A stretch of 64,000 nt of DNA, from positions 2,372-66,371 of the forward strand of contig JAFAZI010000109.1 in the NCBI GenBank assembly GCA_019239875.1, read 5' to 3'. Within the stretch, counting starts at the first letter, position 1. Every line of letters begins with the position of its first letter. The notes under the pieces were generated by a model that did not search any database, was not told where the DNA came from, and saw only the letters and a program-made list of their open reading frames with translations. This document shows positions 36,354 to 45,756 of the stretch, in pieces. The position numbers and the translations under genes were made by a program. The DNA comes from Frankiaceae bacterium (GTDB lineage: Bacteria > Actinomycetota > Actinomycetes > JAFAQI01).

Positions 36354-37434
36354 CATCCCTTCCGTCCCCGGCATCCTGACCGCGGACCAGGTCCGCCAGA
36401 CCGGCGCCTCGATCGTGGCGATGCAGGAGCCGTCGGGCGCCATCCCGTGGTTCCCGGGCGGGCACTGCGACCCCTGGGACCACATCGAGTGCGCCATGGC
36501 GCTGATGGTGACCGGCTTCCGCGAGGAGGCCGAGAAGGCGTACGAGTTCCTGCTGGCCTGGCAGCGTCCGGATGGCTCGTGGCCGTCGAAGATCACGGGC
36601 GGCGAGGTCGAGGACCCGACGTTCGAGACCAACCAGTGCGCCTACATCGCGGTCGGCGCCTGGCACCACTGGCTGCTGACCCACGACCGTGACTTCCTCG
36701 CGAAGCTGTGGCCGTCCGTCCGCCGTGCGCTGGACCTCGTCACGAGCTACGCGACCGACCGCGGCGAGATCGCATGGTCGGTGACGCCGGATGGCGAGCC
36801 GAGGGACGGTGGCCCGCTGCTGACCGGGTCGTCTTCGACGTACCACTCCCTGCGATGCGGGCTCGCGCTCGCCGACCACTTCGACGAGCCGCAACCCGAG
36901 TGGGAGATCGCGGCCGGGCGGCTCGGTCACCTGGTCGCGGAGCACCCCGAGGTCTTCGTCGAGAAGGACCGCTTCTCGATGGACTGGTACTACCCCGTGC
37001 TCGGCGGTGCGCTACGCGGCGAGCCTGCCCGCGAGCGGTTCGTCGACCGTTGGGATCGGTACGTCGTCGAGGGCCTCGGCATCCGCTGCGTCGACGACGA
37101 GCCGTGGGTGACCGGCGCCGAGTCCGCGGAGTGCGTGATGGCGCTGGACACGGTCGGGATGAACGACCGCGCGCTGAAGCTGTTCGGCGACATCCAGCAC
37201 CTGCGTTGCGAGGACGGCTCCTACTGGACCGGCTGGCAGTTCGCCGCGCAGGTCAACTGGCCGGACGAGCAGTCCTCGTGGACAGCAGCCGCCGTCGTAC
37301 TGGCCGCCGATGCGCTGTCCCGCACCTCCCTGGCGAGCGGAATCTTCCGCGCGGACGAGCTGCCGACCGGCGCTCGCCTAGGCGGCGCCGCATGCGGCTG
37401 CGAAGAGAGCGACACCGCAACCGTCTCCCGCTGA
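36340..37434 (+). CDS. prenyltransferase / squalene-cyclase-repeat (alpha-alpha toroid) family protein
   Basis: The GTG at 36340 overlaps the methyltransferase 3-prime end. It has QW-like repeats (AWQRPDGSWPS, CEDGSYWTGW). It forms a conserved trio with the preceding GT and MT genes. The family call is from motif resemblance only. Confidence 0.6.
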   Translation: MRLPDIPSVPGILTADQVRQTGASIVAMQEPSGAIPWFPGGHCDPWDHIECAMALMVTGFREEAEKAYEFLLAWQRPDGSWPSKITGGEVEDPTFETNQCAYIAVGAWHHWLLTHDRDFLAKLWPSVRRALDLVTSYATDRGEIAWSVTPDGEPRDGGPLLTGSSSTYHSLRCGLALADHFDEPQPEWEIAAGRLGHLVAEHPEVFVEKDRFSMDWYYPVLGGALRGEPARERFVDRWDRYVVEGLGIRCVDDEPWVTGAESAECVMALDTVGMNDRALKLFGDIQHLRCEDGSYWTGWQFAAQVNWPDEQSSWTAAAVVLAADALSRTSLASGIFRADELPTGARLGGAACGCEESDTATVSR

Positions 37435-37452
37435 CCGCCCCGGGTTATCTAT

Positions 37453-37516
37453 CGCCCAACCGTCTCGAATCGTTGGTTTTGAACGTCTGAAACCAACGAT
37501 TCAAGACGGTTGGGCG
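37453..37516. repeat. palindromic intergenic repeat, copy B
   Basis: Sequence is cgcccaaccgtctcgaatcgttggttttgaacgtctgaaaccaacgattcaagacggttgggcg, giving a stem of about 27 bp. It starts 19 nt after the stop at 37434. Confidence 0.9.
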
Positions 37517-37592
37517 AAAGGGGCGGGCCAGCCGGCGCTCAGCTGGCGTCGAGGTTGGTGGACAGGCCCTTCGCGGGGAGGACAATTGCGAC

Positions 37593-38708
37593 ATGAGGAG
37601 TTGGCCCGCTGCGTCGGTGACCGCTCTCATCGCGATGGTCGTGGCGACACCCGGTGCGGCTGTTGCTGGCCAGGATGCTGCCGGGCGTCATGCCAAGCAC
37701 CCCCATCTGCGGGGCACGGTGGTGTCGACCTCCGGCAATCGCATCGTCGGCGCGCCGATATACGCCGGCGTCCGCCAGTCCGGCGTGGAGCAGCTCGCCG
37801 ACTTCTTCTGTTTCTTCTTCTGCGGGCCAGCTCACACGACCGCGTTCTCGACGCGTCACGGACACTTCTCCGTTCGGGTGCCACACCCGAACCCCGCCCA
37901 CGATGGCTACGTCGTCGCCGCCACCGTGCCGAAGGGAAACGTCACGGTCAGTACGGCGATCGCCGTCGGCAAGCGGGCCCGGCATGGCGCAGCCATCGGG
38001 CACATCGTGACCGCGAGCGGTCGGCCGAAGCTTCGTAAGTCTGGGATGCGTCGGCACGTCCGACCGCCGCCGCTGCCAGTCCGCTTCCGGCCGACCGACT
38101 TCGCGGCGACCGCACGCCCCGCCTCCGATGCGATTGGGGTCGCGTTCAGCTCCTTCGACGCAACCGACGGCTTCGACGTCCGCCTGCTGGAGGACGAGCG
38201 GTTCCGCATCACGACCTCACAGACCGGCAGCGAGCACGGCAGGGCCGCGTCGTTCGGCAGCACGCTCACGGTGAAGGGCGACCACGTACCGGGCAGCCGA
38301 CACGACACCTGTCTGGTCGAGAACCATCGGGGTGGCCTGATTCGCCAGCACGACTGCGGGCTGACCGACGGCGTCCTGGACAGCGAGTGGTCTCCGAAGG
38401 ACGACCCGGCGTGCTCGAGGGGACCGTGCAAGGGGCACAAGCAGCACCACCATCGCGATGTCTTCATCCGGTTGCATCGCCCCGTCAACGCTGCACTGGT
38501 CGTCGTACGAGGATGTCTACAGGACTGCAAGGTGGCCGTGAAGTCCCGAGGGTCATCGTTCACCACGGTGGCGAAGCAAGTCTTCGGCTCGGCGGGTGAC
38601 TTCGTGTTCGCCGACCTGCACGGGCGGCGGGTCGCTACGGTGCGGATCCAGACTCCGACGGGTGGGTTCTTCGACCGGCTCCGCGAAGTGAGCGTCTTCG
38701 GCCACTAG
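37593..38708 (+). CDS. hypothetical secreted protein, bracketed by two palindromic repeat copies
   Basis: 371-aa ORF with a signal peptide (VTALIAMVVATPGAAVAG), an odd FFCFFFC segment and a His-rich patch (KGHKQHHHRD). The C-terminal end LREVSVFGH is reminiscent of discoidin-type domains. Confidence 0.6.
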   Translation: MRSWPAASVTALIAMVVATPGAAVAGQDAAGRHAKHPHLRGTVVSTSGNRIVGAPIYAGVRQSGVEQLADFFCFFFCGPAHTTAFSTRHGHFSVRVPHPNPAHDGYVVAATVPKGNVTVSTAIAVGKRARHGAAIGHIVTASGRPKLRKSGMRRHVRPPPLPVRFRPTDFAATARPASDAIGVAFSSFDATDGFDVRLLEDERFRITTSQTGSEHGRAASFGSTLTVKGDHVPGSRHDTCLVENHRGGLIRQHDCGLTDGVLDSEWSPKDDPACSRGPCKGHKQHHHRDVFIRLHRPVNAALVVVRGCLQDCKVAVKSRGSSFTTVAKQVFGSAGDFVFADLHGRRVATVRIQTPTGGFFDRLREVSVFGH

Positions 38709-38720
38709 CCCTCCTGTGAT

Positions 38721-38784
38721 CGCCCAACCGTCTCGAATCGTTGGTTCGAGACGTTCGAAACCAACGATTCGAGACGGTTTGGCG
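38721..38784. repeat. palindromic intergenic repeat, copy C
   Basis: Sequence is cgcccaaccgtctcgaatcgttggttcgagacgttcgaaaccaacgattcgagacggtttggcg. It lies between convergent stops at 38708 and 38799. Confidence 0.9.
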
Positions 38785-38798
38785 AAACGGGTCGGGGG

Positions 38799-39464
38799 TC
38801 AGTCGGCGTCGCGGGAGTACGGCTTGCGGAGGATGCGCAGGCTGCCGACGTGACGGACCTCGATGAACCCGTCAGCGAGCGCGCGCTGGTAGATGTGAAA
38901 CGGCGCCTGCCCGCCGGCTGCCGGATCCTCGAAGACGTCGTGGATCGCGAGCACACCGTGGTTCATCACGAACGGTGCCCAGCCGGAGTAGTCGTTCTGC
39001 GCGTGCTCCTCGGCGTGGCCGCCGTCGATGAACAGCATCGCCAGGGGAGTCGCCCACATGGCGGCGACCGACTTGCTCTTGCCGATGATCGCGGTGACGG
39101 TGTCCTCGAGACCGGCGGCGTGCATCGTCCGGCGGAAGAACGGCAGGGTGTCCATGAGGCCGAGCTCCGGATCGACGAGCTCAGCGTCGTGGTGCTCCCA
39201 GCCCGCCTGGTTCTCCTCCGAGCCGCGGTGGTGGTCGACGGTCACGACCTGGCCGCCGCGAGCCTTCGCCGCAGCACCGAGCCAGGTCGCTGACTTCCCG
39301 CAGTAGGTGCCGACCTCGAGGAGCAGACCCTCCGGTGCCATCGCCCAGGCGGCGTCCCACAGCGCCTGGGCTTCCTTGGGCGGCAGAAAGCCCTTGGCGG
39401 CGTCTGCGACCTTCTTGATCTTGGGCGGAATCCGTTGGGGTGCAACGAGTGCTGGGTCGTCCAC
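38799..39464 (-). CDS. class I SAM-dependent methyltransferase (O-methyltransferase-like)
   Basis: Sequence LLEVGTYCGKSATWLGAAAKARGGQVVTVDHH ... MLFIDGGHAEEHAQNDY. Confidence 0.8.
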   Translation of the reverse strand: MDDPALVAPQRIPPKIKKVADAAKGFLPPKEAQALWDAAWAMAPEGLLLEVGTYCGKSATWLGAAAKARGGQVVTVDHHRGSEENQAGWEHHDAELVDPELGLMDTLPFFRRTMHAAGLEDTVTAIIGKSKSVAAMWATPLAMLFIDGGHAEEHAQNDYSGWAPFVMNHGVLAIHDVFEDPAAGGQAPFHIYQRALADGFIEVRHVGSLRILRKPYSRDAD

Positions 39465-39509
39465 GCAGCGACTCTACGTGCGACGTGGACGACCCAACCG
39501 ATCGGCCGA

Positions 39510-40214
39510 TCAGCCGCGGGAGTGGACGGCATCTCCGGTGACATGGACGCCCGCTGCGAAGGCGACGATCTGCTGGTCCGACCAGTGCAGCGCCTGCGGC
39601 GCCTGAATGTCGACCCCGAAGCCGTCGGGGTCGTTGTAGCGCAGCATGATGCCGTAGCTCCCCTGGTCGGAGACGACGCCGTGCTCACCGTTGACCGTGA
39701 CGTCGTCGCCATGTCCAAGGCTGTGCTCGTCGACCGATGAGGTCAGCACCGCGAGCTTGCCCTGGAAATCGTCCGGGTTGTCGTTCAGGGAACCGTCATT
39801 CGGGGTGATCAGCAGCGCGTACTGCGTGGACGTGGACAGGTGCCAGCCGGCCGGCACCTCGTCGACCGTGAAGCCCTCGAGCTGCTTGCCGGAGTAGGAC
39901 ACCAGCTTGATCGCGTTCGAGGTGCGGTGGTGTGGGTGAGGACGAATCGACCCAGGTCCAGGTCCGTGCGAGACCGCTATCGGTCCACGACGGACCTTGT
40001 CGCTGGTCCCGCCGAGCTGGGTCGCCGCCACCACGACAGCGGTCGCGGCCAGCAGCGACCCACCGGCGATCGCCGAGCGACGGATCGTGCGCTGTCGGTG
40101 GGCGCGGGACAGCGCCGCGCGGCCTCGCGCGATGTCGGCCTCGACGGTTTCGGCCGAGGGCGGCGAGGCCGCGGAGTGGGCCACGCCGTCGAACAGGTTC
40201 TTGATGTCACTCAT
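39510..40214 (-). CDS. single-pass membrane protein downstream of an ECF sigma (putative anti-sigma / sigma-associated)
   Basis: 234-aa ORF that overlaps the sigma gene stop by 8 nt. It has one TM helix (AIAGGSLLAATAVVVAATQL). The role is inferred from position only. Confidence 0.55.
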   Translation of the reverse strand: MSDIKNLFDGVAHSAASPPSAETVEADIARGRAALSRAHRQRTIRRSAIAGGSLLAATAVVVAATQLGGTSDKVRRGPIAVSHGPGPGSIRPHPHHRTSNAIKLVSYSGKQLEGFTVDEVPAGWHLSTSTQYALLITPNDGSLNDNPDDFQGKLAVLTSSVDEHSLGHGDDVTVNGEHGVVSDQGSYGIMLRYNDPDGFGVDIQAPQALHWSDQQIVAFAAGVHVTGDAVHSRG

Positions 40215-40794
40215 CGGTGTCTCCGAGATCAGGTGTGCGGACTGATGCCTCGGCGTGCCGAAGATCTACCGACGGAGCGTCGGTCTGCAGGCCGGTGGGT
40301 GGTACGTCGGTGGGCGCGAGCGCCGCGCGGAGCTGGTCCAGGCCGCGCGCGGACTGGCTCTTGACGGTCCCTTCGCTGCAGTTGAGCGAGTCGGCGGTCT
40401 CCGCGACGGACAGGTCGAGCAGATATCGGAGGACCACGGCTGCCCGCATCTTGGGCGGAAGCTCGGCGAGAGCGCGGAACACCTCGGTCTCGTTGCCGCT
40501 CGGCGCTGGGTCGTCGATGGCGACCTCCGGCACCTCGGATCGGATCCGCTCCAAGCGCGCCGCCGGCCGCCGCCGGTTGTCGATCAAGGCGTTGAGCATC
40601 GACCTGCGGGCATAGGCATCGACCGTCTCGCGTCGTACCCGCGGCCATGCGACGTACAGCCGCATCAGTGCGGTCTGCACGAGATCCTCGGCAGCGTGGC
40701 GGTCTCCCGACGTCAGGAAGGTGGCGGTGCGGAGCAGCTGCCCACGGCTGGCGAGCACGTACGCGCGAAACTGGTCGTCACGGCTGTCGGTCAC
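40207..40794 (-). CDS. SigE-family ECF RNA polymerase sigma factor
   Basis: Region 2 (AEDLVQTALMRLYVAWPRV) and region 4 (AAVVLRYLLDLSVAETADSLNCSEGTVKSQSARGLDQLR). Confidence 0.85.
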   Translation of the reverse strand: MTDSRDDQFRAYVLASRGQLLRTATFLTSGDRHAAEDLVQTALMRLYVAWPRVRRETVDAYARRSMLNALIDNRRRPAARLERIRSEVPEVAIDDPAPSGNETEVFRALAELPPKMRAAVVLRYLLDLSVAETADSLNCSEGTVKSQSARGLDQLRAALAPTDVPPTGLQTDAPSVDLRHAEASVRTPDLGDTDE

Positions 40795-40858
40795 GGCGAG
40801 CCTTCCAGGTTCCCCTCACGCACCGTCTACGAGATCGGCGGGCGCGGGGTTGCATGGC

Positions 40859-41653
40859 TCAGTCTTTCGTCGGCGGCAACCCTGCGAGCGCGAGCTGCCG
40901 AGCCTGTGCGACGAGGCGGCCGGTCGAGTCCCAGACCCGTGCCGTCTCCTCGAACCAGCCGCCGGAGAGCAGCTCGGTCGCCGCCTCGCAGAGCAGCCAC
41001 CCAGGCGCCGGCCGCCCCCGTAGCAGCACGGTCAGCTCGACGGTCGGCGCCCAGCCGTACTTCTTGAGGTGGAAGATCGTCGGCGGATGCGCGTCGACCG
41101 CGAGCAGCAGCGACATGACATCGGGGTCGGTGCCGTCGCGGAACCGGAACCAGAACTGCAGCGTCGGAGTGCCGTTGGGTGTCGGCAGCGGCACCGTCTC
41201 GGGTGACATCAGCAGCTCGACGTTCCGGAACAGCTCGACCGTGAACTTCTCGGTCTCCGACGAGACACACTCCTCCGGCGGCGGGATCACCGGCGGCGGC
41301 GCCGAGAGGTAGTCGACCTCGGCGTTCTCCAGCGGGCCGCTGGATACCAGCGCCTCGATGCACGGCTTGTCGTTCTGCCAGATCGCCGCCCGGGAGGTCG
41401 ACACCCGGCGACCCCGCCGAATCGCCTCGGCCCGGATCTCGGCCGGCCCGACATCGGGGGCTCGCATGTAGTGCGCCGAGACCGCGAGCGGGGTCTCGGT
41501 GTCAACCACATCGCACGCCGCCCGGGCGAGGATCGCGAGCAGGTAACCGCCGTTCGGCTTGGTGTGAATCGCCCAGTCCGGGTGCAGCTCCGCGTCGTAC
41601 ACCCCTGGCACCGCGGTCGCGGTGACCGCAGTCGCCGTCTCGAAGGCGCTCAC
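40859..41653 (-). CDS. thioesterase-family protein (double hot-dog, TesB-like)
   Basis: 264 aa after trimming track ORF 40859..42328 to the GTG at 41653 (VSAFETATAV...). The resemblance to acyl-CoA thioesterase II-like proteins was judged by eye. Confidence 0.6.
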   Translation of the reverse strand: MSAFETATAVTATAVPGVYDAELHPDWAIHTKPNGGYLLAILARAACDVVDTETPLAVSAHYMRAPDVGPAEIRAEAIRRGRRVSTSRAAIWQNDKPCIEALVSSGPLENAEVDYLSAPPPVIPPPEECVSSETEKFTVELFRNVELLMSPETVPLPTPNGTPTLQFWFRFRDGTDPDVMSLLLAVDAHPPTIFHLKKYGWAPTVELTVLLRGRPAPGWLLCEAATELLSGGWFEETARVWDSTGRLVAQARQLALAGLPPTKD

Positions 41654-41663
41654 GTCCGTCCCC

Positions 41664-42587
41664 TCACAGTTCGAGCAACGCAGGCGCGAGCTCCGCCCAT
41701 TCCTTGCGCGGCAACCCTCGCCGGTCGTCGACGAGGATCTGCACGGCAACGTGGTCTGCGCCTGCGTCGAGGTGCGCCTGCACTCGGGCGGCGACGGCAT
41801 GCACATCGCCCCATGCGCAGATCGTGTCGACGAGGCGGTCGTTGCCGCCGTCTGCGAAGTCCTCGGCGGTGAAGCCGAATCGCTCGAGGTTGGTCGTGTA
41901 GTTGGGCAGGCGCAGGTACGACGAGGTGTGGCGGCGAGCGATCTCGCGGGCGACGATCGGGTCGTCGGAGAGCACGCAGACCTGCTCGGGGACGAGCAGA
42001 CGATCCGCGCCGAGGATCTCTCGGGCCTTCGCGGTGTGTTCGGGCGGGACGAAGTACGTGTGTGCACCGTCGGCTGCGTCGCGTGACAGCTCGAGCATCC
42101 TGGGGCCGAGGGCAGCGAGCAGCCGCGGCGGCCAGCTCGCCGGCTTGACGGCGCGGTAGGTGTCGTACATCGAGTCCATGCGTTCGAGGTAGGCGCGCAT
42201 CTGAGCGAGCGGCTTGACGTACTCGCCGCCGCGGACCTCCATGAGCAGCTTGTGCGAGGCGCCGATGCCGAGGATGAACCGGTCCGGATACGCCTCGCCG
42301 ATCGCCAGCTGCGCAGCGGCGGTGGCATAGCCGTCGCGGGCCCAGATGTTCGCGATGGCCGTCGCGACGACGAGATTGTCGGTGGCCGCGAGGACCAGCT
42401 GGGCGGCGGTCATCACCTCGCGGCCGATCGCCTCGCCGGTCCACAGCGCCTGGTAGCCGAGTGCCTCGACCTCGCGGGCGGCGACGCGGACCTCGTCGGC
42501 AGTCGAGAAGTCCAGCTGGCCGGTCCAGACCCCCACTCTGCCGATTCGTTCGGCCCAGGCCGCCGCCGAAACCCGTTCGGTTGTCAC
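41664..42587 (-). CDS. LLM-class (luciferase-like) F420-dependent oxidoreductase
   Basis: 307-aa ORF with sequence GVWTGQLD...ALGYQALWTGEAIGREV...FILGIGASH, typical of the TIGR03620-type LLM family as I remember it. Confidence 0.75.
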   Translation of the reverse strand: MTTERVSAAAWAERIGRVGVWTGQLDFSTADEVRVAAREVEALGYQALWTGEAIGREVMTAAQLVLAATDNLVVATAIANIWARDGYATAAAQLAIGEAYPDRFILGIGASHKLLMEVRGGEYVKPLAQMRAYLERMDSMYDTYRAVKPASWPPRLLAALGPRMLELSRDAADGAHTYFVPPEHTAKAREILGADRLLVPEQVCVLSDDPIVAREIARRHTSSYLRLPNYTTNLERFGFTAEDFADGGNDRLVDTICAWGDVHAVAARVQAHLDAGADHVAVQILVDDRRGLPRKEWAELAPALLEL

Positions 42588-42671
42588 GGATCGACGCTAG
42601 CGCGGGCGTTGTGCAAGCCGGCTGCAAGGTCCTTCGGTCATGCTGGTGCTGCCGATGAGGGAGGGGCAGCA

Positions 42672-43076
42672 ATGACAACCGGAGAGAAGGAGCGCACGCG
42701 TACCGAGGCGGTCACGCGGTTTTTGGACGCCATCGAGCGAGGCGAAGGCATTCCGTCAGGGATCTTTGCCGCCGATGCCGTCCTTGACGGCACCGTTCCG
42801 GACTGGCGAATGACGATCCGCGGGGAAGCCGCGATCCGCGCGCAGTTCAGCGGCTGGTACGACGCGCCCGGCAGGTTCGTCGAGGTGGAGCGGTTGCCGG
42901 TCCCGGACGGCGAGTTCGTCCGGTTCGGGCTCGAGTCGACCGACTCCGACGGCACGTACAAGATCCACCAGGCGCACCTCTTCCACGTCGTGGATGGGGA
43001 GATCGCAACGGCACGAGTGTGGTGCGGTGGCCGTTGGCACGCCGAGCGGCTCGCAGAGATCGCGGCCGCGGGCTGA
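42672..43076 (+). CDS. small NTF2/SnoaL-like fold protein
   Basis: 134 aa from an internal ATG of track ORF 42252..43076. The fold is guessed from size and pattern (FLDAIERGE...HLFHVVDGEIATARVW). Confidence 0.5.
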   Translation: MTTGEKERTRTEAVTRFLDAIERGEGIPSGIFAADAVLDGTVPDWRMTIRGEAAIRAQFSGWYDAPGRFVEVERLPVPDGEFVRFGLESTDSDGTYKIHQAHLFHVVDGEIATARVWCGGRWHAERLAEIAAAG

Positions 43077-43077
43077 A

Positions 43078-43947
43078 CTACTCGCTCTTGTTGAAGCCTT
43101 CGGTGATCTTCTGCATCGCCGTCGTGAGCTCGCTGGGCACGACGATCACCGTGTTGCCGTAAGAGGCGACCTTCGGCAGCGACTCCAGGTACTGGTAGGC
43201 CAGCAGCGACGGGTCAGGGTTGCCCTCGTGAATCGCGGTGAAGACGGTCGCGATCGCCTTCGCCTGACCCTCGGCGCGCAGGATCTCCGACTCCCGTTGC
43301 CCTTGGGCGGTGAGGATCGCCGACTGCTTCTCACCCTCGGCGGTGAGGATGGCTGACTGCTTGACACCTTCGGCCGTGAGGATCGCCGCCCGCTTGTTCC
43401 GGTCGGCACGCATCTGCTGCTCCATCGACTCCTTGATGCTGTCCGGCGGGTCGATCGCCTTGATCTCGACGCGGTTGACGCGCACGCCCCATTTGCCGGT
43501 CGCTTCGTCGAGCACGCCGCGCAACTGGCTGTTGATCTGGTCACGGCTGGTCAACGCGGCCTCGAGGTCCATGCCACCGACGACGTTTCGAAGCGTGGTG
43601 ACGGTGAGCTGCTCGATGGCCTGGATGTAGTTGGCGATCTCGTACGTGGCGGAGCGCGGGTCGGTCACCTGGAAGTAGATGACGGTGTCGATGTTGACCA
43701 CCAGGTTGTCCTCGGTGATGACCGGCTGCGGCGGGAAGCTCACGACCTGCTCGCGGAGGTCGATCAGGGGCCGCATCCGATCGATGAACGGCACCAGGAT
43801 GTTCAGTCCGGCGCCGCGGACGCTCTGGTAGCGGCCGAGCCGCTCGACCACGCCGGCCCGCGCCTGCGGCACGATCCGGATCGATCGCACGACGACGATC
43901 AGCACCAGGGCCACGAGGATCAGTACGACGACGACGGCTGCACTCAC
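43078..43947 (-). CDS. SPFH/band-7 (stomatin-like) protein
   Basis: Sequence RIVPQARAGVVERLGRYQSVRGAGLNILVPFID, with repeated AILTAEG motifs. The GTG at 43947 overlaps the NfeD stop (GTGA). Confidence 0.88.
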   Translation of the reverse strand: MSAAVVVVLILVALVLIVVVRSIRIVPQARAGVVERLGRYQSVRGAGLNILVPFIDRMRPLIDLREQVVSFPPQPVITEDNLVVNIDTVIYFQVTDPRSATYEIANYIQAIEQLTVTTLRNVVGGMDLEAALTSRDQINSQLRGVLDEATGKWGVRVNRVEIKAIDPPDSIKESMEQQMRADRNKRAAILTAEGVKQSAILTAEGEKQSAILTAQGQRESEILRAEGQAKAIATVFTAIHEGNPDPSLLAYQYLESLPKVASYGNTVIVVPSELTTAMQKITEGFNKSE

Positions 43948-44450
43948 GAGATTCGCTCCGATCCGCTGCCGGTTACCGGCGAGGTAGTGGGATGGACGAC
44001 GGCTGTGACGCCGTCGATTGCCTTGATGTCGACCCATTCACCGGCGGGGATCACCTGTGACACGTCGTACGGTCGCGCGGTCCAGGTCTCACCACCGATT
44101 CGCACCCGGCCCCCGACCGCGGTGGTGACGTCGGTGAGTGTGATCGCCTGCGTGCCGACGAGTCGTTCGGTGCCCGACTTCATCGACGGCGGCGCCTTTC
44201 GATGCCGCCGAGCGATCGGGAAGACCCCACCCAGGAGCAACGCGGACACCGCACAGAACACTACGAGCTGCCAGATCGTCGAGGCGCCGAGTGCTGCAGC
44301 GAGCGCGGCCGCAGCCGCCCCCGTCGCGAGCATGCCGAGCACCAAGGTCAACGTCATGACCTCAGCGACAGCGAAGGCCACCCCGATGATGAGCCAGACC
44401 GCCCATGCGTCCACGGCGGAAGCGTAAACCTCCGTGCGATCTTGGCGCAT
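43944..44450 (-). CDS. NfeD-family membrane protein
   Basis: TM helices followed by a C-terminal OB-like domain (LVGTQAITLTDVTTAVGGRVRIGGETWTAR). It is paired with an SPFH gene, as is usual. The start is uncertain. Confidence 0.75.
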   Translation of the reverse strand: MRQDRTEVYASAVDAWAVWLIIGVAFAVAEVMTLTLVLGMLATGAAAAALAAALGASTIWQLVVFCAVSALLLGGVFPIARRHRKAPPSMKSGTERLVGTQAITLTDVTTAVGGRVRIGGETWTARPYDVSQVIPAGEWVDIKAIDGVTAVVHPTTSPVTGSGSERIS

Positions 44451-44613
44451 GGCGTGCGAGGAACCCGTGGCCATGGCGCGAGTGCCATGCGACGATGGCG
44501 ACGAGCGCCCAGCGCGCTCACCGGCAGGACACCGCGCCACCCGTGCGGCGAGAGGGTCGTGCCGCTACACGCTGGTGATCCCAGCCGCGGCGGTGAGACG
44601 AGGAGGAGTACGT

Positions 44614-45756
44614 ATGCCGGCACAGGCATCGAATGCCACGGATGCGGGACCCGACGTCCTCCCGCCGATCCAGCCGTCGGAAGGTCCCGACTTCGTTCAG
44701 CTGCTGACTCCCGAGGGCGAACGGGTCGAGCACCCGGACTACTCCCTCGACATCACCGACGACGAGATCCGCGATCTCTACCGCGACCTGGTGCTGGTCC
44801 GCCGCATCGACTCCGAGGCCACCGCGCTGCAGCGCCAGGGTGAGCTCGGCCTGTGGGCGAATCTGCTCGGCCAGGAAGCCGCCCAGGTCGGCGCCGGCCG
44901 CTCTCTCACCGACGCGGACTTCGCGTTTCCGACGTACCGGGAGCACGGGGTCGCGTACTGCAAGGGCGTCGACCCGGTCACCCTGCTTGGGCTGTTCCGC
45001 GGGACGTCGCAGGGCGGCTGGGACCCGCAGGAGCACGGGTTCGGTCTCTACACGATCGTCATCGGATCGCAGACGTTGCACGCGACCGGCTACGCGATGG
45101 GGATCCAACGCGACGGCGGCCAGGGCGCCGCCATGGCGTTCTTCGGCGACGGCGCATCGAGTCAGGGTGACGTCAACGAGGCCTTCGTCTGGGCGAGCGT
45201 CTTCAACGCGCCGGTCGTGTTCTTCTGCCAGAACAACCAGTGGGCGATCTCCGAGCCACTGGAACGCCAGACCCGGATCCCGCTCTACCAACGCGCCCGG
45301 GGTTTCGGGTTCCCAGGCGTGCGGGTGGACGGCAACGACGTCCTCGCAGTCCTCGCCGTCACCCGCGAGGCGCTCGCCCGGGCCCGCGAGGGCAGTGGCC
45401 CGATGCTGATCGAGGCCTACACCTACCGCATGGGCGCGCACACCACCTCCGACGACCCGACCCGGTACCGCCTGGCCGCGGAGCTGGAGACCTGGAAGCT
45501 CAAGGACCCGATCGAGCGGGTGAAGGCCTACCTGTCGCGCAGCGGCGCCGGGGACGCAGACTTCTTCGCGAGCGTCGACCAGGCGGCCGATGATCTCGCG
45601 GCCCATGTCAGAGCCGGCTGTCTCGCGTTGCCGGACCCGGATCCGTTGTCGTTGTTCGACAACGTGTACGCCGAAGGCTCCCCGCTGCTCGACGAGGAGC
45701 GAGAGCAGATGGCGTCCTACCTCGCCTCGTTCGCCGACACCGAGGCGGTCCACTGA
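44614..45756 (+). CDS. 2-oxoacid (branched-chain/pyruvate) dehydrogenase E1 alpha subunit, TPP-dependent
   Basis: Sequence YREHGVAYCKGVD ... FFGDGASSQGDVNEAFVWASVFNAPVVFFCQNNQWAIS. The ATG at 44614 was chosen inside track ORF 44434..45756. Confidence 0.9.
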   Translation: MPAQASNATDAGPDVLPPIQPSEGPDFVQLLTPEGERVEHPDYSLDITDDEIRDLYRDLVLVRRIDSEATALQRQGELGLWANLLGQEAAQVGAGRSLTDADFAFPTYREHGVAYCKGVDPVTLLGLFRGTSQGGWDPQEHGFGLYTIVIGSQTLHATGYAMGIQRDGGQGAAMAFFGDGASSQGDVNEAFVWASVFNAPVVFFCQNNQWAISEPLERQTRIPLYQRARGFGFPGVRVDGNDVLAVLAVTREALARAREGSGPMLIEAYTYRMGAHTTSDDPTRYRLAAELETWKLKDPIERVKAYLSRSGAGDADFFASVDQAADDLAAHVRAGCLALPDPDPLSLFDNVYAEGSPLLDEEREQMASYLASFADTEAVH

